Assembly (NCBI GenBank): GCA_020348445.1
Contig: CP070751.1
Span: 4,886,101 to 4,950,100, forward strand
Direction: 5' to 3'
DNA from: Thermoplasmata archaeon
Lineage (GTDB): Archaea > Thermoplasmatota > Thermoplasmata > GCA-020350865
DNA: 64,000 bases
Shown here: piece by piece, positions 47,601 through 55,068 of the stretch
Position numbering within the stretch: the first letter of the stretch is position 1
Layout of the letters: each line of letters begins with the position of its first letter
Made by a program: the position numbers and the translations under genes
The notes under the pieces: model-generated
The model's database searches: none
Told to the model about the DNA's origin: nothing
The model's input: the letters and a program-made list of their open reading frames with translations, nothing else

Positions 47601-49213
47601 CTGCTTTGGATCCTGGATCCGATACATTCACGTACAAATGGGATATGGACAACGACGGTCAATATGATGATGCAGATGGCCAAAGTCCATCATGGACATG
47701 GTACGACAATGGAGCTTTTTTGGTGAGCTTAAAAATAACAGATGATGATGGGGATTTTGGTATTGATACTACCCTAGTGACCATTATTAATGTTGCTCCT
47801 TCTGCTGATGCAGGTGTGATTTACTATGAGGGGGAAGGGACTGCCATTTTCTTCAAAGGTAATTATTCTGATCCTGGTATTTCAGATTCACACACATTCT
47901 TGTGGGATTTTGGAGATGGAACGATTAGCACAGAACAGAATCCAACCCATGTTTATGCTGACGATGATGTATACACTGTCGTACTTTCTGTCACAGATGA
48001 TGATGGTGGGATGGGAACTGATTCTGTTTTTGCGATCATCTTCAATTCCGCACCCATCCCCGAAAAATCGAATATTGACGCGACCGCCAAAGAGGGGCAC
48101 CTTTTTACCTTGAAGATCAATGCCACGGATGCAGTAGGGGACAAGATAACTTTCACAGATAATACTGATATGTTCGATATCGATCCCACATCCGGTGTAA
48201 TCCAATTCATACCAACAAATGAGGATGTTGGCTTAAATGCAGTTACCGTCGAAATAAACGATGATGATAAAGGGACATCCACTGTTATTCTTTTGTTGCG
48301 CATAACAAACGAAAATGATCCACCAACTCTCGAGCAAATCGGCTCTCTTATCGCCTATGAAGATTCAGAATTCAGTTATACTGTATTAGCAAGTGATGTG
48401 GATTCTGATGACACACTGACCTTTTCTGAAGATACAGAGCTTTTTGAAATCGATTCAGAAACTGGCATAATTACCTTTACACCCACGAATGACCAGGTTG
48501 GGATAGAAGTCATCACCATCACAGTAACTGATTCTCAAGGTGCAATAGATTCTGAGACTTTGACATTCACGGTTCTCAATACGAACGATCCACCTGTATT
48601 AAGCAGCATCCCCAATCAATTTGCAGAAGTAGGAAAGCAGTTTACTTATACAGTATCAGCAACTGACGATGATGATGCTGTCCTTATCTTCTCTGACAAT
48701 TCTGATCTGTTTGTAATAGATACTGTAACAGGGACCATTTCATTTACTCCAAGAAAAGGAGATGAGGGTGTTCATAGGATAACAATTACAGTCATCGATG
48801 GTCAAGGTGAACAAGATTCACAGGTTGTGACATTTGAGATCGAGGGTGGACCTGAACCTGATGACGAGATAGAATGGCTGTCTATAATTCTGCTTATCCT
48901 CGTGATAGTCCTTTTCATTTTTCTTCTTTTACATACTTTCTGGCAAAGGGAAGAAGAAAAGAAGGAAGGTGAAGAGAAAGGGATTCCAGTGCAGACAACT
49001 GAGGACAAGAAAATTAAAATGTCCAAAGAGCCTAAAAAATTACCAAAATCCAAGCCCCGTAAAAAACGTCCTAAACCAAAAATCATTGAAAAAGAATTAC
49101 CGCCTCCAGAGCCAATAGAGCCTCCGCCACCACCCCCTGAGCCAAAAGAGGCTCCACCACCACCTCCGGAGCCAAAGGAGGTTCCTCCACCTCCCCCTGA
49201 TACTTCAGATTAG
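41660..49213 (+). CDS. Membrane-anchored S8 (subtilisin/pyrolysin-like) serine peptidase with 8 PKD and 3 cadherin-like domains, TM helix and Pro-rich tail
   Basis: VAVIDTG (Asp), NHGTLCAS (His), SGTSLSTP (Ser), ASGNGG (oxyanion Asn); large insert between Asp and His; PKD NNVAP units; NDPP cadherin-like units; TM LSIILLILVIVLFIFLLL. Start moved to the ATG at 41660. Confidence 0.92.
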   Translation: MKKGPAKGLFCMIIVLVFLLSSFNIAAFSGITIKKHPEDNLHFDTEIPQDKVVPEPEPNFDTTGIQEDATGNSDFKPSPSGQVSTNADFKGNGLPFWKIETTLLAQLKDTDSVKVIITSTDMGQVRELLGQGNQDFTSRHKKNNARLETSILEVQSHMVLKIASLERVISIQSYRLPQPPKFPEGIEGTGDFDSEYEPTMWNAVKYHGADTAWDLGYNGSGVNVAVIDTGADFGHPDLNGTQARDENPASPYYGWPLAFDSRSMLSYLSSGGQGFTGSGGEDNWFSDTNTTDTDSNGNGTLDTSGYNVTGIISQSGIYRLGKHPDTRLRNIYGDYPGVLVVDENSPDVYDTVYVDLDSDMNFTDEKPCRKWDEVPSHDLGSDGIPDRSGGMIYFIADGTNPVPYSDVIADENGYTLPIPANGSLVVFMLNDPTESGGNHGTLCASAVAGQGVIASGRVIGTAPEAKIISIGNVYGGGNFIDSYYFAVEGYDGIPGTGDEAQIVSCSFGDSHVVHGGWDYTSRLVDNLTTYYAPNVTFCVASGNGGYGYGTVASPGSSMGVITCGAALNKKVTEVVYWSNRGPNAVGQVDPDIVSVGVSAFGDMALNQRNNGNNAYRSWSGTSLSTPVTAGIVALIYDAYFQSNSDFPTSKLSREILMSTADNINYDPLVQGAGFSNATRATKVANNISGLLLSPTFWTAGDYRGVDYDAFAHIMFPGESDNITISVSNADYNNSVDVKVSDYVLSLSETYTTEIEANKSREDASTARPDFLIALNDSKNNISRIPIDTALLKVSGYMPYDEFDSDLNYFQENKFWITIYNWKDNNGNGSYWNDSNGDDTAQQSEIEWSELTSICSSSITATTQEARMHDPLSRIDDGLIVGMFHQPGGAAPNITHLYIRSQCYNRTDWDWLSTNTTNLTIGASGTSTFHASITVPPSTPIGIYQGIILINDTRNETAMPVIVNVASNSPLFTFGGNTLSEELYANDQVFGAFRWGWRYEGGDWRFYFIDIPDSYDVNPGTKIVADVKWNEYPTDIDVFILGESSDTFSYETPERFGPHTMEIKGRSADSYMWGGKFRFNTTTGGPQEIISADLSPGLNEIILHNVLFGGQSFTENVTGQLGTVNVTPYPWDLGYIDKVPNLTGTQEFTVLSSFNLSGINTKAYGVFPPMEYPNQQVYQNDPSDKTTSNWSREFNVSGAEYIRVNVSSPISMDIDLFLLRDINTNGIPNWGSEQVASSTSPNEEEEILLNLPADGRYWVFVHGWSVPSNPSPFDCFIEVVYGDDIVTTDVPSGPFNANEAVNFNASYNLPPNAGEFRGVVLVGVTNMSASIEVPFIVRLESEIPLISGFVPEPDSWVNSTQPTIGAQYYDSGSGVDTSRVYIFLDGINQTVNATKNPDSITLVPSYSLSEGFHTVYLIVTDMFGNENYTAWIFYVDSIDPIAVAGDDKSSFEDEIVYFDGSASSDEKELRNLTWDFGDGFLGYGTYPDHVFTEAGTYTVTLIARDIANNTGTDTLFVFVDNVAPVANAGIDQIVDEGEMTYFNGSDSYDTPSDMSTLIYTWYFEDSTVLLGINVSHSFSDNGNYAVTLVVEDNNGFTDSDTIFVTVNNVAPIADANGPYSGTEGVGVIFTGSATDPGEDTFTYDWDFDDSDGITYLDATSPNPTWTWSDEFSGMIYLRVTDDDGDIGFDSASVTITNTAPVADCGGPYSGYEGTAIALSGSASDPGADSLTYEWDLDNDGLFDDATGQNPEWTWYDNGVFTISLRVSDSDGGEDSDKEIVTINNVAPTADAGGPYSEDEGSVVSFTGVASDPGSLDTFTYYWDFGDGESSSQQNPTHVYSDDGIYIATLTVTDDDGGTNSNNTFVMINNVAPTAYAQGPYSGDEGAPVSFFSSATDPGTDTFTYEWDFDDSDGVTYSDATGPNPTWTWPDDFSGTIYLRVIDDDGGIDIDNTTVTINNIAPIPDPGGPYSGYEGTSLDFSASALDPGSDTFTYKWDMDNDGQYDDADGQSPSWTWYDNGAFLVSLKITDDDGDFGIDTTLVTIINVAPSADAGVIYYEGEGTAIFFKGNYSDPGISDSHTFLWDFGDGTISTEQNPTHVYADDDVYTVVLSVTDDDGGMGTDSVFAIIFNSAPIPEKSNIDATAKEGHLFTLKINATDAVGDKITFTDNTDMFDIDPTSGVIQFIPTNEDVGLNAVTVEINDDDKGTSTVILLLRITNENDPPTLEQIGSLIAYEDSEFSYTVLASDVDSDDTLTFSEDTELFEIDSETGIITFTPTNDQVGIEVITITVTDSQGAIDSETLTFTVLNTNDPPVLSSIPNQFAEVGKQFTYTVSATDDDDAVLIFSDNSDLFVIDTVTGTISFTPRKGDEGVHRITITVIDGQGEQDSQVVTFEIEGGPEPDDEIEWLSIILLILVIVLFIFLLLHTFWQREEEKKEGEEKGIPVQTTEDKKIKMSKEPKKLPKSKPRKKRPKPKIIEKELPPPEPIEPPPPPPEPKEAPPPPPEPKEVPPPPPDTSD
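49109..49198 (+). repeat. Three imperfect 30-bp coding tandem repeats (EPxExPPPPP)
   Basis: GAGCCAATAGAGCCTCCGCCACCACCCCCT / GAGCCAAAAGAGGCTCCACCACCACCTCCG / GAGCCAAAGGAGGTTCCTCCACCTCCCCCT. Confidence 0.9.
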
Positions 49214-49292
49214 TTCTATGCAATGATGAATATGAACCTAGATTAGAGGGAAGTTTTAATAAAGCTCAAGAATATCAAAGGTCGGTGTGAAA

Positions 49293-50000
49293 ATGACTGA
49301 GCTTCTTTACATGAAGGACATAGAGGGAAATTATATAAAAGAATTTGATGCAAAGGTTGTAAAGAAAAAAGACAATTACGTTGTATTGGACAAGAGCGCT
49401 TTCTATCCACTTGGTGGAGGACAACCATCTGACACAGGTGTTCTGAGATGGCCTGGGGGGGAGAGCAGGGTCGCCGAGGTCCAAAAGAAGGGAATAATAA
49501 AGCACATAATAACCGGCGATTTACCTGAGGGGGATGTGCATGGAACCCTTGACTGGGAGAAAAGATATGGACATATGAAGATGCACACTGCACAGCATGT
49601 GATATCAGGTGTTGTGTACGATCTATTCAATGCAAGGACAGTGGGGAACCAGATTCATGCTGATTACTCGAGGGTGGATTTCTATCCAATCAGCTTATCA
49701 GATGATGATCTTAAGAAAATAGAGGATGCATCCAACGAAGTTATCCAAAGAAACTCCCCTGTTAAAATCTATGCGGAGGAGAGGGAAAGCCTTGAAAAAA
49801 GAACAGATCCTCTGCGATCCAATCTCGATCTCATACCCTCCTCCATCAAAACCCTACGCATAGTTGAAATCGAAGGTTTCGATGTCTGCCCCTGTGCAGG
49901 AACACATGTCAAATCCACCCAGGAACTTGGGACACTACAAATCACAAAGAAGGAAAACAAGGGAAAGGACAAGGAAAGAATCGTCTACACATTAAAGTAA
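49293..50000 (+). CDS. alaX: Alanyl-tRNA editing protein AlaX-M
   Basis: FYPLGGGQPSDTG, MKMHTAQHVIS (HxxxH), CPCAGTHV (CxxxH). Confidence 0.93.
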   Translation: MTELLYMKDIEGNYIKEFDAKVVKKKDNYVVLDKSAFYPLGGGQPSDTGVLRWPGGESRVAEVQKKGIIKHIITGDLPEGDVHGTLDWEKRYGHMKMHTAQHVISGVVYDLFNARTVGNQIHADYSRVDFYPISLSDDDLKKIEDASNEVIQRNSPVKIYAEERESLEKRTDPLRSNLDLIPSSIKTLRIVEIEGFDVCPCAGTHVKSTQELGTLQITKKENKGKDKERIVYTLK

Positions 50001-50027
50001 ACAATCTTAGTAATTCTAAGTGATTTT

Positions 50028-51938
50028 ATGGGCGTTGTGAGATTAGGAAAATTAGCATTAAGATGGTGTTTTGAGTGCAACCTTCCGATTCTTGAGTCAA
50101 AAGAATGCGGAACATGCAACAGCGAAACGAACGAAGTTAGACTCACACCACCTGGAGATGTAAGACCTGCTTTTGATGAAGAACTGAGATTAATAAGGGC
50201 GCAAATCGACGGTCAGTTTGGATCTGGATGCGGAAAAGAGCTTGTCCCAGAAGACAAAATAGTTGTTCTTAATAGGGCTCCGGCCTTGGATCGGATGGAT
50301 GAGATAATAATGGACGGCCGCGTTTTGGGTGCATTGCGCTACGATCCAGGGGAGAGATACAAGGTGATCCTTAGAATGCACGCGGCTCAGGCCATAGAAA
50401 AAAACCTAACCAAGAACTGGGTGATCGTGGATCCTGGGGCCGTGAATCCAATAATGAAGGGGGCTAACGCCCTTTGTGTGGGCATAACAGATGCCCATCC
50501 AGATATTGCATTTGGGGATGAGGCCGTGGTCCTTGATCCTGATAAGAATGTCATTGCATTGGGAAAAGCCATGTTGCCTGGAAAAGAGATGGTGGGAAAC
50601 AAGGGTGTTGGAGTAAAAACCAGATGGCACGGCAGAGAGGAAGTATCCTTACTTCCCTCCGGTCGTACTTGGGAGGATGCTATTTCAGCTAATTCGTGGT
50701 TCTTCGAAAAAAAGGTTCCAAAGGCCATACAATTCATAAAGAGGGTTGTCGAAAGAGAGGATAAGGAAGTTGCCTGCTCCTTTTCAGGGGGAAAGGACAG
50801 CCTTGCCACTTTGCTGCTTGCACTGGATGCAGGACTTTCTCCTAAAATACTGTTTGTGGATACAGGATTGGAATTTGAGGAAACAAAATCCCATGTAGAT
50901 GAAATAGCCAAGATGTTCGACTTGGAGGTCGTAAAAGAAAACGCCCATGATGCCTTCTGGGAGAATGTCCCAAATTTCGGTCCTCCAGGCAAAGATTTTC
51001 GATGGTGCTGTAAAAGCTGTAAACTTGGTCCCACTGTAAGGCTCATATCAAAGCATTTTCCAGATGGTGTGGTATCTCTCATAGGCCAGAGAGCCTATGA
51101 ATCTGAACAGAGGGCTAAAAAGGGCAGGATCTGGGAGAATCCCTGGGTCCCTGGTCAGCTAGGTGTGTCTCCAATTCAGGACTGGACTGCGCTGCATATC
51201 TGGCTCTATATCTTTTCCAAGAAGGTCCCTTATAATATATGGTACGAAAGAGGTCTTGAGAGGATAGGGTGCTTTATGTGCCCTGCATCAGACATGGCAG
51301 ATTTGGAGATCGTAAAAAGCTATTCTTCTTCCTATGAAAAGTGGGGAAGATTTTTATCGGATTTCGCGGACGATAAAGGTTATCCAAAAGAATGGTTGGA
51401 ATTTGGACTTTGGAGGTGGCGAAAACTTCCTGCGGGTATGCTGGATCTTGTAGAGAGGAAGGGTATCGATTTGAAGGGTAGAGAAAAAAAGCCCCCACCA
51501 GAGGGACAAGGAAGAATCGAATTCTTATCAGCTGAGGGTTACCAGCCCTGTGAGGGAGGAGTGAGTATCGAAGGTGTTTTCACAAGAAACCTTGACATGG
51601 TCAGGATCTCGAACCTCATGAATATTCTCGGTGATGTTAGCTATGATGATAAAACAAATTCATGCTCAATTGCGAATGTAGATGTTTTTGGAGAGGGAGG
51701 AATGGTGGTAAGGGGAAAGGATGAAAAAGATACAAAGAAGCTCATGAATGATGTCAGGGACACGATAGTAAGAGCGCATCTTTGTATAGGGTGCGGAATA
51801 TGCACTGGAAGATGTGATGAAGGTGCATTGAAATTGGATGAACAGGTTTATTTGGATGAAGAGAAGTGCATTCACTGTGGGGAGTGTTTGGGACCGTGTC
51901 CTGTTATTGGTTATGGAGATAGGGAATTTGAGTTTTAA
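50028..51938 (+). CDS. PAPS-reductase-family (PP-loop) protein with N-terminal Zn ribbon, PUA domain and C-terminal 4Fe-4S dicluster
   Basis: WCFECNLPI..ECGTC; PUA-like WVIVDPGAVNPIMKGAN; SFSGGKDS; RWCCKSCKLGP; RIGCFMCP; CIGCGICTGRC and CIHCGECLGPC. Confidence 0.88.
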   Translation: MGVVRLGKLALRWCFECNLPILESKECGTCNSETNEVRLTPPGDVRPAFDEELRLIRAQIDGQFGSGCGKELVPEDKIVVLNRAPALDRMDEIIMDGRVLGALRYDPGERYKVILRMHAAQAIEKNLTKNWVIVDPGAVNPIMKGANALCVGITDAHPDIAFGDEAVVLDPDKNVIALGKAMLPGKEMVGNKGVGVKTRWHGREEVSLLPSGRTWEDAISANSWFFEKKVPKAIQFIKRVVEREDKEVACSFSGGKDSLATLLLALDAGLSPKILFVDTGLEFEETKSHVDEIAKMFDLEVVKENAHDAFWENVPNFGPPGKDFRWCCKSCKLGPTVRLISKHFPDGVVSLIGQRAYESEQRAKKGRIWENPWVPGQLGVSPIQDWTALHIWLYIFSKKVPYNIWYERGLERIGCFMCPASDMADLEIVKSYSSSYEKWGRFLSDFADDKGYPKEWLEFGLWRWRKLPAGMLDLVERKGIDLKGREKKPPPEGQGRIEFLSAEGYQPCEGGVSIEGVFTRNLDMVRISNLMNILGDVSYDDKTNSCSIANVDVFGEGGMVVRGKDEKDTKKLMNDVRDTIVRAHLCIGCGICTGRCDEGALKLDEQVYLDEEKCIHCGECLGPCPVIGYGDREFEF

Positions 51939-52145
51939 GGATAGCTTCATGAAATTATGCTTTGATAATTCAATTTCTTTTTAAAATGAAAAAGTGTTAA
52001 ACCGAATCTATGATTATTAAAATCGTCAAAAAAGTTATATATCATGACTCGGCCAGCAATGATTAAAATTACCGTTAAAATTCTTTTATACCTTTATGAA
52101 CTATCTATTTATTAAGCACATAAATTTCAAATAAAGGTGATAAAG

Positions 52146-54005
52146 ATGGACGACAAAAAATTATATGAAAATTGGATGACGATCATTATTGCCATATTAT
52201 GTATAGTAATAATCTCTAACCCAGCGAGCTTAACTCATTACGAAATCAAAACAAATAATATGGACATGGAAACGGATGTGGATCCATCAACAGATTACGA
52301 GATAAACGATTATGTGGGTATAGAGGCAAGAAATACTAGAGGGGGTGATAATAACTGGTTAGGGATTTGGACAACGAGGGCGCCGATGTCGATACACCGC
52401 CACGGAATTGGAGCTGCAGTTGTCAATGATAAGATTTATGTTCTTGGGGGTTACAATTTAGACATTAACGAGGAATATGATCCAGTAACCGATACTTGGA
52501 CTACGAAATCTCCTATGCCTCATCCACATGCCTATCCTGGAGTAGCTGTGGTGAAAAATAAGATTTATGTGATGGGGGGTGATGAAGGTGGGGGTAGTGG
52601 TACCGCAATAGATGTTTATGATCCAATTACAGATAATTGGACTACAAAAGCACCCATGCCATCAAAACGTAGGTATTTTGGAGTTGGGGTTGTAGCCGAT
52701 AAAATATACCTTATAGGTGGCGATGCATCTTCTTTAGAAGAAAATGAATCTGTTATGGAGTACGATCCGATTACAGAATTATGGACTAAAAAAACATCTA
52801 TGCCAATTATACGAGGAAAGTTGGGAGTGACAGTCCTAGATAATAAAATATATGCAATTGGCGGACAAGATGGTGATGGCTGGCAAGATGAGAACGAAAC
52901 CCAGGTATATGATCCTGTAACTGATAACTGGACAATCAAAACTTCGATGTTAAGAGAAAATTCGTGGTTTGGGATTGGTGTCCTAGATAACAAAATACAT
53001 ATTGTAGGCGGAAGAGCAAGTGCTGGTGAAACACATTATGTATATGATCCTGTAACAGACACCTGGGCAGAGTCCCTTCCTATGCCAACTGGCCGTGATA
53101 CTCTGGCTGTTGGGATTGTAAACAATGCATTATTCGCAATAGGCGGAAGAGGAGGAGGAGGGATTACTAAACAAAATGTAAACGAAGCATTCTACCCCAG
53201 TGGAGCAAATGATGACTTTGATAATGATGGATTGACAAACATTCAAGAGAATATGAACGGCACCTACCCAGATAATAAAGACACAGATGGCGATAATCTC
53301 GGTGATGGATTTGAAGTAATTTTTTCAAAAACAAACGCATCCTTATGGGATACAAACGGAAATGGTATTGGTGACGGTCTGGAATTTATTCAAAACAAGG
53401 GTTATTTGGGGTGGATCGAGAGTTTACCAGATGACTGGATTGGCATTACGATTACTTGGGACAATTATACTATACTGGCAAAAACAAACTCGTCTTTATT
53501 GGAAGGTGAATTTGATAAAGAAGAACACAAACTTAAGATCAAGGTATCAGGGCCCAATGGAACACAGGGAGTAACAGAAATCGAGGTACCAAAGAGTTTA
53601 TGCGAACCTGATGACATCGAAATCATGTTGGATGGGGAGCTGATAAATTACACAATTACCGAGAACGATACATATTACTATATTCACATCGAATATAACC
53701 ACAGTATTCATGATCTATCAGCGGATTTCAGTAAAATTGTTGAGGAACCAAGTGAATCTGAAGATGATGAAAAAGATCTATTCGCTAACATTTACTTGAT
53801 AGCCTTGATTATTGCTCTCGTTATTATTATCCTATTATCAGTCGTTGTTATTAGAAACAGGGGTAAAAGTGAGGATATCGGGGTACAAGAGTTACCACCT
53901 GACCAACTATCAATCCTGTTAGATAAAAAACACTCTGAAGGAAAATTATCGGATGAGACCTATAATGATGCTAAGTCATTATTAGAGAAATACCGCAGTG
54001 ATTGA
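52146..54005 (+). CDS. Membrane-anchored Kelch beta-propeller protein with Ca-binding DxDxDG repeats, TM helix and cytoplasmic SHOCT-like domain
   Basis: Six W....MP...IYxxGG Kelch blades; DFDNDGL, DTDGDNLGDG, DTNGNGIGDG; TM IYLIALIIALVIIILLSVVVI; tail LSILLDKKHSEGKLSDETYNDAKSLL. Start moved to the ATG at 52146 (AGGTGA RBS). Confidence 0.88.
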   Translation: MDDKKLYENWMTIIIAILCIVIISNPASLTHYEIKTNNMDMETDVDPSTDYEINDYVGIEARNTRGGDNNWLGIWTTRAPMSIHRHGIGAAVVNDKIYVLGGYNLDINEEYDPVTDTWTTKSPMPHPHAYPGVAVVKNKIYVMGGDEGGGSGTAIDVYDPITDNWTTKAPMPSKRRYFGVGVVADKIYLIGGDASSLEENESVMEYDPITELWTKKTSMPIIRGKLGVTVLDNKIYAIGGQDGDGWQDENETQVYDPVTDNWTIKTSMLRENSWFGIGVLDNKIHIVGGRASAGETHYVYDPVTDTWAESLPMPTGRDTLAVGIVNNALFAIGGRGGGGITKQNVNEAFYPSGANDDFDNDGLTNIQENMNGTYPDNKDTDGDNLGDGFEVIFSKTNASLWDTNGNGIGDGLEFIQNKGYLGWIESLPDDWIGITITWDNYTILAKTNSSLLEGEFDKEEHKLKIKVSGPNGTQGVTEIEVPKSLCEPDDIEIMLDGELINYTITENDTYYYIHIEYNHSIHDLSADFSKIVEEPSESEDDEKDLFANIYLIALIIALVIIILLSVVVIRNRGKSEDIGVQELPPDQLSILLDKKHSEGKLSDETYNDAKSLLEKYRSD

Positions 54006-54056
54006 AGGAAAATAGACAAATCCAAGAAAAATATTAAGGTAGTATAAAACCTTTCA

Positions 54057-54599
54057 ATGTTACCTATGAATTTGAAATCTAAATCTGAGAAATTAAATAA
54101 TGATCTTAGACCTAAAATTGTCAACTACATTCAGATACATCCAGGTTCACCCTTTAGTGACATCCAAACTATTTTTGATCTTCCAGAAAGTACTCTCAGA
54201 TATCATCTAAGATATTTGGAAAAGAACGGCGAAATATATTCGGATTCTAAGAAGAGGATATATTATCCCACTGAACATAAGGAGAAAAATAGGATTAGCA
54301 ATACTCAAATGTCATTGATTAATTCCATTAAAAAACATCCCGGCATAACGCAGAAGGAGCTTGCAGCCAAAACCAAGATAAATCGTTTAACTATTAGGAA
54401 GAATATAAATCTATTAGTTGAGAATGAAAGTGTTACTATTACAAGAATAGGCAACGAAGTTCACCATTTTTATATTTACCCAGAAGAACTTGAAAAAATT
54501 AAAACATTGAGGTTAATAACTAAATTAGTACAGGATAAGATCGACGAAGATACTTATTGGGATCTGAGGCGCAATTTTATTGGTGGAGATGAAAAATAA
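54057..54599 (+). CDS. Double winged-HTH transcriptional regulator with a C-terminal SHOCT-like helix
   Basis: IVNYIQIHPG..STLRYHLRYLEKNGEI and LINSIKKHPGITQKELA..TIRKNINLL; tail LITKLVQDKIDEDTYWDLRRNF. Confidence 0.8.
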   Translation: MLPMNLKSKSEKLNNDLRPKIVNYIQIHPGSPFSDIQTIFDLPESTLRYHLRYLEKNGEIYSDSKKRIYYPTEHKEKNRISNTQMSLINSIKKHPGITQKELAAKTKINRLTIRKNINLLVENESVTITRIGNEVHHFYIYPEELEKIKTLRLITKLVQDKIDEDTYWDLRRNFIGGDEK

Positions 54600-54733
54600 G
54601 ATACAAACTAGGGATTTTGGTGGGATTAGAACATAGTTTCCATTGTGGAGAACTGCAATGGGATCCCCCTCGAATAAATTATAAATAGACTTACAAAATG
54701 CTTATTAAGGATATTCCAACCCACGAAACTAAT

Positions 54734-55066
54734 TCAATGCGTAGCATCCACAATCAGTTTCTTCTTGCCTTCGGGACGAATCGTCACTTCCTCCCCTTCC
54801 TCAATCTCAACAAAATTTGCGATGGCCTTTGGAATTCTCACTATAAGTGAGTTACCAGAATGTGAGATCTTAGTCTTTTTCTCGATTCCCCAAAGTGCCA
54901 GTTCTCTTGCTTTCTTCTCGATGAGATCGGACGCCTCTTCTGTAAAGAATGACTCTCCGCATTTATTACAAATATCTGCATCATATTTACCAAAATACCA
55001 CTCCTTGTACGTGTAATCGATTTTCTTTTTTGTTAGTTTCCCTTTTTCACACACGGGACATTTCAT
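54734..55066 (-). CDS. Putative antitoxin: YgiT/MqsA-type zinc finger fused to an AbrB/MazE DNA-binding domain
   Basis: MKCPVC...ICNKCGESFF (YgiT type), then TKISHSGNSLIVRIPKAIA..IEEGEEVTI (AbrB); RBS AGAGGTGA lies inside the end of the toxin gene. Confidence 0.85.
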   Translation of the reverse strand: MKCPVCEKGKLTKKKIDYTYKEWYFGKYDADICNKCGESFFTEEASDLIEKKARELALWGIEKKTKISHSGNSLIVRIPKAIANFVEIEEGEEVTIRPEGKKKLIVDATH

Positions 55067-55068
55067 AT

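Noticed and set aside
50387-51082. 231-aa minus-strand ORF
   Set aside because: Antisense shadow inside the PP-loop gene; Ser-rich composition typical of non-coding frames.
50028-51938. Evidence for assimilatory sulfate reduction
   Set aside because: No sat, cysC or sulfite reductase nearby, and the PUA-containing archaeal subfamily is not shown to be a PAPS reductase.
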